64,000 nt of DNA from Deltaproteobacteria bacterium (GTDB lineage: Bacteria > Desulfobacterota > Binatia > UBA12015). Where the stretch lies: positions 11,566 through 75,565 of the forward strand of contig JAYGCM010000034.1 of the NCBI GenBank assembly GCA_046583355.1, read 5' to 3'. A program made the translations under genes and the position numbers. A model generated the notes under the pieces. That model was not told the origin of the DNA. It saw only the letters and a list, made by a program, of their open reading frames with translations, and ran no database searches. Shown here piece by piece: positions 21,460-30,625 of the stretch (the stretch's first letter is position 1; each line of letters starts with the position of its first letter).

Positions 21460-21960
21460 TCACGCACCCGGCGCGCTTTTATCCCGAAGGTCATTGTCGA
21501 AATTGTGTTCGTAATTCGCCTTCTCGATATTCGAGAAGGGAATCTCGGCTGCCGCCTCGGCCTCTCGGGCGACGAGCACGGCGGACTCTGTCACGCCTTG
21601 AATCGCACCGAGAAAGTTCCGTGCGCCATCTATGGCGTCGCGCGTCCGCAGGCGGACCAGCAGGCCCTGATGATCGAGGAAATCCTGTCGTCCCTTGAGG
21701 CGGCGGTTCACGCCCGGCGACGAACATTCCAGAGAATACTCGCCCGGAACAGCCTCGTTGGCATCGAGAACAGCCTCGATCTCGTGGCTGGCACGGGCCA
21801 ATTCCTCGAGGCCGACGCCGCCCTTTTTGTCGAGAAAGAGCCGCAGAACCGAGCGTTTTCCGGCCGGATTGTACTCGACGTCGACCAGACGCAGGCCGAG
21901 CTCGGCCGCAATGGGCTCAGCCCATTCGGTCACACGCTCTATCAACCCACGATTGCTCAT
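21460..21960 (-). CDS. rimP: Ribosome maturation factor RimP
   Basis: LRLFLDK, YSLECSSPGVNR. Start taken at MSNRGL. Confidence 0.96.
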   Translation of the reverse strand: MSNRGLIERVTEWAEPIAAELGLRLVDVEYNPAGKRSVLRLFLDKKGGVGLEELARASHEIEAVLDANEAVPGEYSLECSSPGVNRRLKGRQDFLDHQGLLVRLRTRDAIDGARNFLGAIQGVTESAVLVAREAEAAAEIPFSNIEKANYEHNFDNDLRDKSAPGA

Positions 21961-22031
21961 TTCGATCCCCGAAAATCTGTACAAAGACGCCCGAACCAGA
22001 TGCAGAACCAGCTTTTCTTCCGATTTTGAAG

Positions 22032-22059
22032 AAAAAAAAAGCGGGCCAAGGCCCACTTT
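22032..22059 (-). terminator. Terminator-like hairpin in the rimP-nusA leader (possible attenuator)
   Basis: Minus strand AAAGTGGGCC-TT-GGCCCGC-T9, about 70 nt upstream of rimP. Confidence 0.75.
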
Positions 22060-22138
22060 CAGTGACAGCCAATGTTCGGAAAAAGCCATCTAACACGGGC
22101 GCTTAGGCCTCGCAATCGAATCCCGCCTCAGGCGTCTC

Positions 22139-22615
22139 CTATTCGCTCTCTCGGTCATGCAGGGTCGTGAGTTCGATGATTTCCAGGTTGCGGCGGCCTT
22201 GCGGCGTCACCACCAGGACTTCATCGCCGACCTCGTGGTTCAGCAGGGCGCGTCCGATCGGCGAGCCGATCGAAATCTGCCCGTCCGTGCCATCGACCTC
22301 CTCGGGGAAAAGCACTTTAAAGGTTGTCTCCGCCCCCGTATTGGCATCCTCGCAGACCACGGTGCTGCCATAGGAAACACGATTGCGAGGCAGCCGGGCC
22401 AGAGAATAGGCCGCGAGTTCGCTCACACGGGCCTGGAGTGCTCCCAGGCGCGCGCGGACCAAAGCCTGACGGTTCTTTGCGGCGTCGTATTCCGCGTTCT
22501 CGCGCAGGTCGCCATGCGCGGCGGCCTCCTCCAGACGCTTGGGCAATTCGTGTTTCACTTCATGTTGCAGGGTCGCAAGCTCGCTGCGCAATCGCGTGAC
22601 AATCGGCAATTCCAT
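22139..22615 (-). CDS. greA: Transcription elongation factor GreA
   Basis: HGDLRENAEYDAAK, SPIGRALL. Confidence 0.93.
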   Translation of the reverse strand: MELPIVTRLRSELATLQHEVKHELPKRLEEAAAHGDLRENAEYDAAKNRQALVRARLGALQARVSELAAYSLARLPRNRVSYGSTVVCEDANTGAETTFKVLFPEEVDGTDGQISIGSPIGRALLNHEVGDEVLVVTPQGRRNLEIIELTTLHDRESE

Positions 22616-22674
22616 GGGCAGGCCTTGTAGCCCTTTTCCCTCGCCACCGCACCCGCCCGGCTGCGGTGGACGGC

Positions 22675-22815
22675 TTATTCGCGCAAACGCCCGCTATAAG
22701 AGGTCGCGTTGTCGGAGAGCCAGCGCAGGGCGTCCTCGGACCAAGGCGTCTCGCCCGTCTGGAACCAATACATAAAGCCTGCACCGCAAGCGGCGCCTAG
22801 CAGAAACCGAATCAT
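22675..22815 (-). CDS. Small (46 aa) membrane-anchored protein, not in ORF track
   Basis: MIRFLLGAACGAGFMYWFQTGETPWSEDALRWLSDNATSYSGRLRE*. G-rich RBS-like GGACGGGG upstream; GC hairpin 22644-22669 downstream. Confidence 0.65.
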   Translation of the reverse strand: MIRFLLGAACGAGFMYWFQTGETPWSEDALRWLSDNATSYSGRLRE

Positions 22816-22902
22816 CCCCGTCCACCCATCCCCGTATGTCGCTCAGCCCATCGCGTTGCGAAGCTCTCTTGACCCGATGTGGCGACCCAGCCATGCCGCA
22901 TC

Positions 22903-23613
22903 ATGCGGCAAATCTTAGAGGTTTCGCTCAGTCTTCTCTACCCTCCGCAATGCGCGTTCTGCCGCCGTGCGATGCATGCCCTCGGCCCGCCGCGGCTCTG
23001 CGGTGCCTGCCGGCGCGCTCTGGCCTCGATCCCGGCACCCTGCCCCTTTTGCGCCGAGCCTCTGCGCGGCCTGCGCTGCGCCCCGTGCGCGCTCCAGCCG
23101 CCGCCCTTCCGGCATGCCCGGGCGCTCTTTCTCTATGCACCCGGCACGCCGGGCCGCCGGGCAATTCAGCGCTGGAAGACAGGTCGCGACCGCCTCTTGG
23201 GCCATGCCTTGGCCCGCTATTTTGCCAGCCGATTGGGCGACGTATCGCCCGATTATGATGCCTTGGTGCCCGTCCCCGGTGGTCATCTGCGCCGTGCCTG
23301 GCGCGGCTTCGAGACCGCTATCGTACTCTGCCAGGCGCTGTCGCGCCGATCGGGTGGTTTGCCGATCCTGCCAGGGGCGCTGCGCCGCGGACTCACCTTC
23401 ACGCCACGATTCGGCCACCGTTCGCGCCGCATGCGTAGCCAGGAGGCTGGCTCGCTCTACCGCAGTGGGCGAATGCAGCTGCCGCCCAACGCGCGCATTC
23501 TCCTTGTCGATGATGTGATGACCAGCCAGGCGAGTGCACGTGCCGCCACCAGATTGCTGCGCGCGGCAGGTGCACGCTTCGTCGATGTCGCCGTTTTGGC
23601 CCGCGCTACTTGA
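22903..23613 (+). CDS. comF: ComF family protein (double zinc ribbon plus PRTase-like domain)
   Basis: LLYPPQCAFC, CGAC, CPFC, CAPC, LVPVP, ILLVDDVMTS. Confidence 0.88.
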   Translation: MRQILEVSLSLLYPPQCAFCRRAMHALGPPRLCGACRRALASIPAPCPFCAEPLRGLRCAPCALQPPPFRHARALFLYAPGTPGRRAIQRWKTGRDRLLGHALARYFASRLGDVSPDYDALVPVPGGHLRRAWRGFETAIVLCQALSRRSGGLPILPGALRRGLTFTPRFGHRSRRMRSQEAGSLYRSGRMQLPPNARILLVDDVMTSQASARAATRLLRAAGARFVDVAVLARAT

Positions 23614-23680
23614 ACTCCGGCCTCCAACGCGCAACAAAGTTGAGGCGCAACGGGTCCAGATTACGGATCAGAGCGTCGCG

Positions 23681-24298
23681 ATGAGGCGTGTGATGAATCT
23701 TGGAGTGTTGATATCGGGCCGGGGGAGCAACCTTGTGGCAATCCTCGACGCGGCTGCGCAAGGGCTTCTTCAATCGAAGATTTCCCTGGTCGTCAGCAAC
23801 CGGGCCGGTGCCGCCGGCCTGGAACGCGCCGCCGCCGTGGGTGTCCCCACCTGCACCCTGCCGCACGGCGAATTCTCGTCACGCCTTCTTTTTGAAGAGG
23901 CCTTGGTCGCAGCCTTGCTCGCCGCGAAGGTCGATACGATCGCCCTGGCCGGCTTTGATCGCATTGTGACCGCGACCCTTCTCGACGCATTTCCCGACCG
24001 CGTGGTGAATATCCACCCGGCCCTGCTGCCGGCCTTCCCGGGCCTGCATGCGCAAAAGCAGGCGCTGGAGCACGGCGCGCGGGTCAGCGGCGCTACGGTT
24101 CATTTCGTTGACGAGAAAATGGATCACGGCCCGATCATCGCGCAAGCCGTCGTCGCGGTCGCAGACGACGACACCGAAGAGTCCCTCGCCGCGCGAATTC
24201 TGGCCGAAGAACATCGCCTCTACCCGGCCGCGTTGCAGGCTCTGGCCGCCGGTGCGCTGCGCCGGCATGGGCGGCGCGTATCCGGAGGGCCGCGCTGA
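23681..24298 (+). CDS. purN: Phosphoribosylglycinamide formyltransferase
   Basis: LISGRGSNL, NIHPALLPAFPG, GATVHFVD, DHGPII. Confidence 0.98.
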   Translation: MRRVMNLGVLISGRGSNLVAILDAAAQGLLQSKISLVVSNRAGAAGLERAAAVGVPTCTLPHGEFSSRLLFEEALVAALLAAKVDTIALAGFDRIVTATLLDAFPDRVVNIHPALLPAFPGLHAQKQALEHGARVSGATVHFVDEKMDHGPIIAQAVVAVADDDTEESLAARILAEEHRLYPAALQALAAGALRRHGRRVSGGPR

Positions 24299-24299
24299 G

Positions 24300-25778
24300 A
24301 TGACGATACCATTCCAAAGTGCCCGGGCCGCCGAGGTGCGGCGCCTGCGCGAAAAAGGTGCGCTCCAGGAAGCTCTCGACCTATTCCCCCATATCGAAGA
24401 AGACGACGATGGCTGGAACGATCTCGAACTCGTGGGCGAGTTGGCGCGAGCCCATTCGCTGGCGGGAGACGAGCAAGGCGTGGTGCGCTTTTTTCAGCGT
24501 TGCGCCGATCTGAACCCGGGTCGCGCCGCCCTCTACCGCTGCCAGGTCGGCTGGTTCTACCAACGGCGCAAAAATTGGGCTCGCGCGCTGCGTTGGTACG
24601 AGGAAGCACTCGAGACTTTCCCCAACTACCACCTCTGTCTCTTCCGTAAGGGCTATTGCCTCGAACGTCAGCATCGCCCACGCGCCGCGGCCGCGGCCTG
24701 TGCCGCCGCCGCCGAGGTATTCGAGAAAAGCGACGCCGACCAGCGCGCACGCTCGCTGGGAATCCAGATTCAGAACCTCTTTCATCTCTCGCGCAACCTG
24801 CGCGAAACCGGCGCGACGGCCGCGGCACGCGCGGCGCTGGAAAAATGCGACCTACTCGACACCGGCCCCGAGAACATCATTCGACGCGAACACCGCCTGG
24901 CGAGCCGCGCCGAGATTGCGCTGGCGGAGAACCTCCCCGCGGAGGCTGTCGCGGACCTGGAGGCGGCACGCAAGATGGAGAACCGCTCGGCCGTATTATG
25001 GGAGCGACTCGGGCGCGCCTACCACGCCCTGGGGCGCCCCACCGATGCCGAGGCTGCGCTGCGCCACGCGACCCGATTACCCAAAGGCGCGGTTTCGCTG
25101 GTGGCACTCGCCCGCTTCCTACGCGCCGAGAAACGCCTGGTAGAATGTGCCGAAACCCTGCACCAAGGCCTGCGCGAACACCCCAAGGGCGAGGTTCAGC
25201 TTCGCCTGGAATCGGCGCGCTTGGAGCTGGCTTTGGACCGGCCCGGCAAGGCCCTGGCAATCCTCGAGCGCCTCAATGCCGGGCGTGTGCAGGCGGGTTC
25301 GACCCAAGCCGTTGCGATCGAATCCGCCATCGGCGCGCTGCACGCCAGCCACGGCGACTTCGCACGCGCTCTGCCCTACCTCGAGGCAGCCGCGGCCCAG
25401 GAAAGTGCCCACGACGACACCCGACAGGCCTTGGCGGAGGCGCGTGCCAGCGCTGCGGCCGGCCCGCTCAACGTCCAGCCGATGCAGGACGCGCCTTTAC
25501 CCGCCCCCATCGCGGCGGTTCTCGAACGCGCGCCGCAACGCATCGAGGGGGAAGTGGTCTCGTACTTCGCCGACCGCGGTTTCGGCTTTGTCGCGCACGG
25601 CGAAAAGCGCGATACGATCTTTTTCCACGTCAGCCAATGCCAAGGCCTCGACGGCGGCCTGCCCGAACCCGGCCAGGCCGTGACGTTCTTTCTCGCCCGC
25701 AACCGCCGCAATGGCAAGAGCCAGGCCGAAGAAATTCTTCCCCGTGTCCGCGTGCAGGCCGCGACTTCAGCCGGCTGA
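24300..25778 (+). CDS. TPR-repeat protein with C-terminal cold-shock domain
   Basis: Multiple TPR-like helices (ALRWYEEALETFPNY, LWERLGRAYHALGR). C-terminal EGEVVSYFADRGFGFV...IFFHVS carries RNP1 and RNP2. Confidence 0.85.
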   Translation: MTIPFQSARAAEVRRLREKGALQEALDLFPHIEEDDDGWNDLELVGELARAHSLAGDEQGVVRFFQRCADLNPGRAALYRCQVGWFYQRRKNWARALRWYEEALETFPNYHLCLFRKGYCLERQHRPRAAAAACAAAAEVFEKSDADQRARSLGIQIQNLFHLSRNLRETGATAAARAALEKCDLLDTGPENIIRREHRLASRAEIALAENLPAEAVADLEAARKMENRSAVLWERLGRAYHALGRPTDAEAALRHATRLPKGAVSLVALARFLRAEKRLVECAETLHQGLREHPKGEVQLRLESARLELALDRPGKALAILERLNAGRVQAGSTQAVAIESAIGALHASHGDFARALPYLEAAAAQESAHDDTRQALAEARASAAAGPLNVQPMQDAPLPAPIAAVLERAPQRIEGEVVSYFADRGFGFVAHGEKRDTIFFHVSQCQGLDGGLPEPGQAVTFFLARNRRNGKSQAEEILPRVRVQAATSAG

Positions 25779-25793
25779 AGAGCGATCCAACGC

Positions 25794-26507
25794 CTACCGA
25801 ATGCCGCCCCTGCTTCGCGGTGCCGGATCATAGATTTGCGCGAGCCGCGCCGGCGAGACGCCGACAAAATACGCCAGGCGAAGAGCCCACATCAGAACGA
25901 TGGTGCGCCACACGCCATGCGTCTCCCAGCGCCGTGACGAGGTCTGCACCCGCGAGCGCAAGGCGGCCGAAGGCCCCAGGCGGCGCATGCGGCGGGTGAG
26001 TTCGATATCCTCCATCAACTCCTGCTCCGGATAGCCACCTAGTCGAGCGAAGGTTTCACGGCGCAGGAAGATTGCCTGGTCGCCGGTCGCGATGCCGGTC
26101 CAGCGAGAGCGTTGGTTCATCAGGAAGGCGACGATTCGCATGGCGAAACGCGGGTCGGAGAAGCGCACATCGAAACGACCGCCGGGCACCCTCGGATCGG
26201 CCAGAGCCCCGACAATCACTTCACCGAAAGCCTCCGGCAGCAAGGAATCGGCGTGAAGAAAAAGAAGAATCTGCCCGCGTGCGAGGCGCGCGCCGGCGTT
26301 CATCTGACGGGCACGTCCGGGCGCCGACTCGAGAACCGTTGCGCCGAGGCGTTGCGCGATCGCGACGGTATCGTCGTGGCTATTCGCATCCACAACGATG
26401 ATTTCGAGGGTCTGCGGACTGCGCGCACTCGCGATCGTCGCAGCAATTCCCGCCGCCTCGTTGCGACTCGGAATGATAATCGAGATGGCAGGTTCCGGGC
26501 CACTCAC
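25794..26507 (-). CDS. Family 2 glycosyltransferase (TIGR04283-like)
   Basis: SIIIPSRNE, GRARQMNAGA, LFLHADS, ATGDQAIF, LMEDIE, TSSRRW. GTG start overlaps the pyrD stop. Confidence 0.9.
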   Translation of the reverse strand: MSGPEPAISIIIPSRNEAAGIAATIASARSPQTLEIIVVDANSHDDTVAIAQRLGATVLESAPGRARQMNAGARLARGQILLFLHADSLLPEAFGEVIVGALADPRVPGGRFDVRFSDPRFAMRIVAFLMNQRSRWTGIATGDQAIFLRRETFARLGGYPEQELMEDIELTRRMRRLGPSAALRSRVQTSSRRWETHGVWRTIVLMWALRLAYFVGVSPARLAQIYDPAPRSRGGIR

Positions 26508-27613
26508 GCCGCGGCGCATCCGGCCTTGCCGGCGCGGAGCGCATCGCGCAGAGCGGCGAAATCCGCCAACCCCCGGCCTGCGATCTCGCGTTCGATATCG
26601 GCCGCGATCCGCGCCGCGAGACGCGGTCCCTGGTAGATAAGGCCGGTGTAGAGGCCCACCAGATCCGCGCCGGCGGCGATACGCCGCAATGCGTCCTCGA
26701 CGCAGAAGACACCGCCGACACCGATAATACCGGGTTGCGGACCCACGGCATCGCGCAATCGGGCGATGCATGCATCGGCACGCGCGGCCAAGGGCCCGCC
26801 CGACAAACCGCCGGTCTCGCCTGCGTGCATGCCGTCGATCCCCTCGCGCCCGATCGTAGTATTGACTGCAATCAGGCCGCGGGCCCCGGCCGCGAGCGCG
26901 GCTTGCCCGACCTCGCCGAGTTCTTGATCGGCCAGGTCAGGGGCCAGTTTCACAAAAACCGGCGGCACCGCCCTGCCCGCGCGACCCGTCCCGGCCTCAG
27001 CAACCACCGCCTGGACCAGCCGCGTCAGCCGCTCCGGAGCCTGGAGATCGCGCAAACCGGGCGTATTCGGCGAGCTGACATTCACCGCCAGATAGTCTGC
27101 AAAGCGAGCCAGGTGGCGCACGGAGCCTCGAATATCGTCGAGTTCCCGAGCCTCATCACCCATTGCCGCGCGCGAGCAGCCGACGTTGAGGCCAAGCGGG
27201 ATGCCCGCCGGACGGCGCAGCGTCGCGGCGAGCCGATGCGCGACACGCTCGGCGCCCTCGCTATTGAACCCCATGCGATTGATCACGGCGCGGTACTCCG
27301 GGAGCCGGAAGATCCGCGGCCGGGGATTGCCGGGTTGCGCCTGACCGGTCACCGTTCCCAGTTCAGCGAATCCGAAGCCGAGGGTTGCCCAGAGGTGTGG
27401 TGCCACGCCGTTTTTGTCGAAGCCCGCAGCAAGACCGATGGGTGTCGGGAAGCTCAGCCCGCAGACCTCTTGGCGCAGCGCGGGGGCCGTGTGTGCCGGG
27501 CCGGCCAATAGGGGAAGCCCCACTTCCGCGAGCCTGGCGGCGCGCAATGCGGCATGATGCATCGTCTCGGCATCCACCTGGAAAAACAGGCGACGCAGCA
27601 TCCCGTAGACCAT
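26504..27613 (-). CDS. pyrD: Quinone-dependent dihydroorotate dehydrogenase
   Basis: GLAAGFDKNG, GNPRPRIFRL, NVSSPNTPGLR, KLAPD, GGLSG. Confidence 0.97.
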   Translation of the reverse strand: MVYGMLRRLFFQVDAETMHHAALRAARLAEVGLPLLAGPAHTAPALRQEVCGLSFPTPIGLAAGFDKNGVAPHLWATLGFGFAELGTVTGQAQPGNPRPRIFRLPEYRAVINRMGFNSEGAERVAHRLAATLRRPAGIPLGLNVGCSRAAMGDEARELDDIRGSVRHLARFADYLAVNVSSPNTPGLRDLQAPERLTRLVQAVVAEAGTGRAGRAVPPVFVKLAPDLADQELGEVGQAALAAGARGLIAVNTTIGREGIDGMHAGETGGLSGGPLAARADACIARLRDAVGPQPGIIGVGGVFCVEDALRRIAAGADLVGLYTGLIYQGPRLAARIAADIEREIAGRGLADFAALRDALRAGKAGCAAA

Positions 27614-27618
27614 TTCGC

Positions 27619-27879
27619 TCAGGCCCGCCCCAGCAGTTCATCGAGTTCCCCACCTGCGGCCAGGGCAGCTAGCTCGTCGAAGCCGCCGATTCCTTTGCCG
27701 TCAATGAAGATCTGCGGGACCGTCGAGCGCCCGGCGGCCATCTCCCGGAGTCGGGCGCGCTCGGCCGGTTGGCCCGTGAGGTCGATTTCCGTGAACGAAA
27801 CCTCCATTTTTGCCAGAAGATTCTTTGCCGCGTGGCAATAGGAGCAATACGCGGTCGCGTAGACGAGGACCTCAGCCAT
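27619..27879 (-). CDS. grxC: Glutaredoxin 3
   Basis: CSYC active site, TVPQIFI, IGGFDEL. Confidence 0.92.
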   Translation of the reverse strand: MAEVLVYATAYCSYCHAAKNLLAKMEVSFTEIDLTGQPAERARLREMAAGRSTVPQIFIDGKGIGGFDELAALAAGGELDELLGRA

Positions 27880-27933
27880 ACCCCTTCGCCTACTCATCCC
27901 GGCGCATGCCGGCAAATAGCAAGGATCGACAAA

Positions 27934-28722
27934 ATGATGGATGCGTTCGAACGATTGGTAGACCTCATGCAACGTCTGCGCGCCGAGGACGGCTGCCCAT
28001 GGGACCGCGAGCAAACGCATGCCTCGATCCGGCGCTACGTGATCGAGGAGGCCTACGAGGTGGCCGAGGCGATCGACCAGGGCGACCCCGACGAGCTGCG
28101 CCTCGAGCTGGGCGATCTGCTTCTGCAAGTGGTCTTCCATGCGCGCATGGCCGAGGAGGCCGGCGAGTTCGATATCGCCGGGGTCTGCGAAGGCATTGTC
28201 GCCAAGATGGAGCGGCGCCACCCCCATGTTTTCGGCGATACCGAGGTCGCCGATGCGGCCGAGGTCAGCCTGAACTGGGAGGCGATCAAGGCCCGCGAAC
28301 GCGGCGCTGACGCCTCGGCGCTCGATGGTGTGCCCAAGAGTATGCCCGCGCTCCAGCGAGCCGAGCGAATCGGCGAGAAGGCGGCAAAATCGGGCTTCGA
28401 CTGGCCCAATGCCCGCGCCGTGCTAGCGAAAGTAGCCGAGGAGAGTACGGAGCTCGAGGAGGCGATTGCCGCAGGCGACCGCTTGGGGCGTGCTGCTGAG
28501 TTCGGCGATCTGCTCTTTTCGCTGGTGAATCTGGCCCGTCAGCTCGAGATCGACCCCGAACAAGCGCTGGTCGGGACGGTTCAGCGCTTCGAAGCACGGT
28601 TCCGCCACGCCGAGGCAGCAGCGCGCGGCACCGGCCGAGCCCTTCGGTCCCTCTCGGAGAAAGAGCGCGACACCCTGTGGGAAGCGGCCAAAAAGGCCCA
28701 GCAGACACCGCCTGGACGTTGA
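27934..28722 (+). CDS. mazG: Nucleoside triphosphate pyrophosphohydrolase
   Basis: GCPWDREQT, EEAYE, ELGDLLLQVVFH, RRHPHVF, GFDW, EFGDLLF. Confidence 0.97.
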   Translation: MMDAFERLVDLMQRLRAEDGCPWDREQTHASIRRYVIEEAYEVAEAIDQGDPDELRLELGDLLLQVVFHARMAEEAGEFDIAGVCEGIVAKMERRHPHVFGDTEVADAAEVSLNWEAIKARERGADASALDGVPKSMPALQRAERIGEKAAKSGFDWPNARAVLAKVAEESTELEEAIAAGDRLGRAAEFGDLLFSLVNLARQLEIDPEQALVGTVQRFEARFRHAEAAARGTGRALRSLSEKERDTLWEAAKKAQQTPPGR

Positions 28723-28754
28723 AAGACGGGTCGCGGACCGTTACGTGACCCCCC

Positions 28755-29015
28755 ATGGCGAACCATCCTTCGGCTCTCAAGCGGCATCGGCAATCCGTGA
28801 AGCGCGCAGAGCGCAATACAGCGATCCGCACCAATGTGCGTAACGCGATCAAGAAGCTCCGCGTTGCGGTCGAGGCCGGCGACAAAGTCACCGCTCAGAC
28901 GAATCTACGCGAAGTGGAAAAAAAGCTCCGCAAAGCTTCGTCAAAGGGCGTCTACCACGCCAACAGCGCCTCGCGCCGTGTGTCGCGCTTGGCGCGCGCC
29001 ACCAACGCGCTCTAA
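28755..29015 (+). CDS. rpsT: 30S ribosomal protein S20
   Basis: MANHPSALKR, KGVYHANSASRRVSRL. Confidence 0.98.
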   Translation: MANHPSALKRHRQSVKRAERNTAIRTNVRNAIKKLRVAVEAGDKVTAQTNLREVEKKLRKASSKGVYHANSASRRVSRLARATNAL

Positions 29016-29021
29016 GCTGTC

Positions 29022-30035
29022 TCAGGGCCCGCCCTGCGGTCTCGCCAGACGTCTTTGCCCGATCTGCAAGAAGAGCGCCTCGATCGGTGCCTGCGGGGCA
29101 ACACCGCGCTTGGCGCGAACATCGATGCGCGCGAGTTCCTGGATCATCACCAGTAGTTCGCGGCGTCGATAATTCTTCGCTTTCGGTACGACAAAGAAGC
29201 CGCGCCCACCGCCGAAGGCTTTCTTGGCTGCCGCTTCGCCCATCCCCTCATCGAGCAAGGCACGCGCACGCAGCAGAGCGCGGAATTCGCCGGCCATCTC
29301 GCCAATCAGAACCTCGGGCGCAGCCCCCTGGCCGATCGCGCGGCGCAACTCGACCAGGGCACGCCCCATGCGGCGCTCGCGGATCGCACCCGAGAGCGCA
29401 AAGGCCGTGCGTACCCGCTCACCACCGAGCGAGAGCAGCGCCTCGGCCAATTCGACGCGGTCCTTACCATGGCGCAACGACAGCTTTTCCAGCTCGTTCT
29501 CAAGCCGTCCGGTGTCCCCGATGACATATTCAAGCACCGCCTCGGCGGCGTCAGGTGCGAGTTTCAGGCCCTTCTCGCCGGCCAGCTTGAAGAGCAGGCT
29601 CTTCCATTCAGGGAGCGCCTTACGGGTATCTTTGGTTTGTGGACCAACCGTCTCGATGCAACCGGCCTTCTTGAGTGCGGCAAAAAGCGTGCGGCGCAGG
29701 TCGGGAGATTCCGCCACCAGCAATAAACGCGTATCGGCGGATACATCAGGACAGAGCAGCAGGAGTTCGCGCTGCACATCATCCTTCAAGCGGTCGACCA
29801 TACGCAGAACGACCAGGCGTCGGCCCGCCAACGAGGCCGTTCGCACGGCCGTGCCGATGGCTTCGATATCGGCGCGGTCGCCGTAGAGCACATCGAGCGC
29901 GCCGAAGAGCGGGTCTTCGCCGACCCATTCTTTCTGGATCGTGGCGAGCTGGCGGCCGACCAATACAGGGTCACCGATCAGCAAACGAACGCGTTCGGGG
30001 TCGATTTTGCCCTGCGCCGCCTGCTTTTTCGCCAT
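29022..30035 (-). CDS. holA: DNA polymerase III subunit delta
   Basis: RRLVVLR, ENELEKL. Conserved position leuS-lptE-holA facing rpsT. Confidence 0.88.
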   Translation of the reverse strand: MAKKQAAQGKIDPERVRLLIGDPVLVGRQLATIQKEWVGEDPLFGALDVLYGDRADIEAIGTAVRTASLAGRRLVVLRMVDRLKDDVQRELLLLCPDVSADTRLLLVAESPDLRRTLFAALKKAGCIETVGPQTKDTRKALPEWKSLLFKLAGEKGLKLAPDAAEAVLEYVIGDTGRLENELEKLSLRHGKDRVELAEALLSLGGERVRTAFALSGAIRERRMGRALVELRRAIGQGAAPEVLIGEMAGEFRALLRARALLDEGMGEAAAKKAFGGGRGFFVVPKAKNYRRRELLVMIQELARIDVRAKRGVAPQAPIEALFLQIGQRRLARPQGGP

Positions 30036-30625
30036 CAGAAATCCTCGACCATCGCGTTATAGAGTTCGCGCGCGAGATTCTCATAGACGCGCTCCAGCGC
30101 GCTACCGCGCTGCGATTCGGAAACCTGAACGTCCGAGAGTTGTTCCAGGTTCGACTCGCTGAGGCGCGATTGTTCTTGGAATTGCGAGGATTGGGTCACC
30201 ACTGTTTGGGCTACGGCGCCATAGGAATCGTTTTGAGTGAGGCTATCCAGGCGCCAGACAATCCGTTGCGTCCGCGCATTCTCGAGCCGTGCCGAGATCG
30301 TCACGACGGTCTCGTATTGGAGGGCTTCATCACTCTGCGAGAAGCCCACCGGGCGGATTTCGAGCCGCCGGATCGCGCCGATCAGGATGACATCCGCAGA
30401 CCCTCCGGAGACAAGCGTGAAATTACCACGGCGCGCCACCTCGGTCTCGAAGGCTCTCTGCAGGCCGTTGACCAAGCCCGGCTCCTGGGTCGTGTTGGTA
30501 AAGGCGCGCACATGAATCCGGGTGCCGCCGCCAGGTAGCGTGCTCGCACCACCGGGGAAATGATAGCCGCAGCCCGCAACCAACCCCAGAACGAGGCCGA
30601 CGAAAAGGCCCCGCCCGGAGTTCAT
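30035..30625 (-). CDS. lptE: LPS assembly lipoprotein LptE family
   Basis: Lipobox LVAGC followed by GYHF, FTNTT-EPGL. Lies between leuS and holA. Confidence 0.88.
   Translation of the reverse strand: MNSGRGLFVGLVLGLVAGCGYHFPGGASTLPGGGTRIHVRAFTNTTQEPGLVNGLQRAFETEVARRGNFTLVSGGSADVILIGAIRRLEIRPVGFSQSDEALQYETVVTISARLENARTQRIVWRLDSLTQNDSYGAVAQTVVTQSSQFQEQSRLSESNLEQLSDVQVSESQRGSALERVYENLARELYNAMVEDF

Noticed and set aside
25794..26507. Arsenosugar biosynthesis cluster
   Set aside because: Only the TIGR04283-like glycosyltransferase is present; no radical SAM, arsenite methyltransferase or partner transferase is adjacent.
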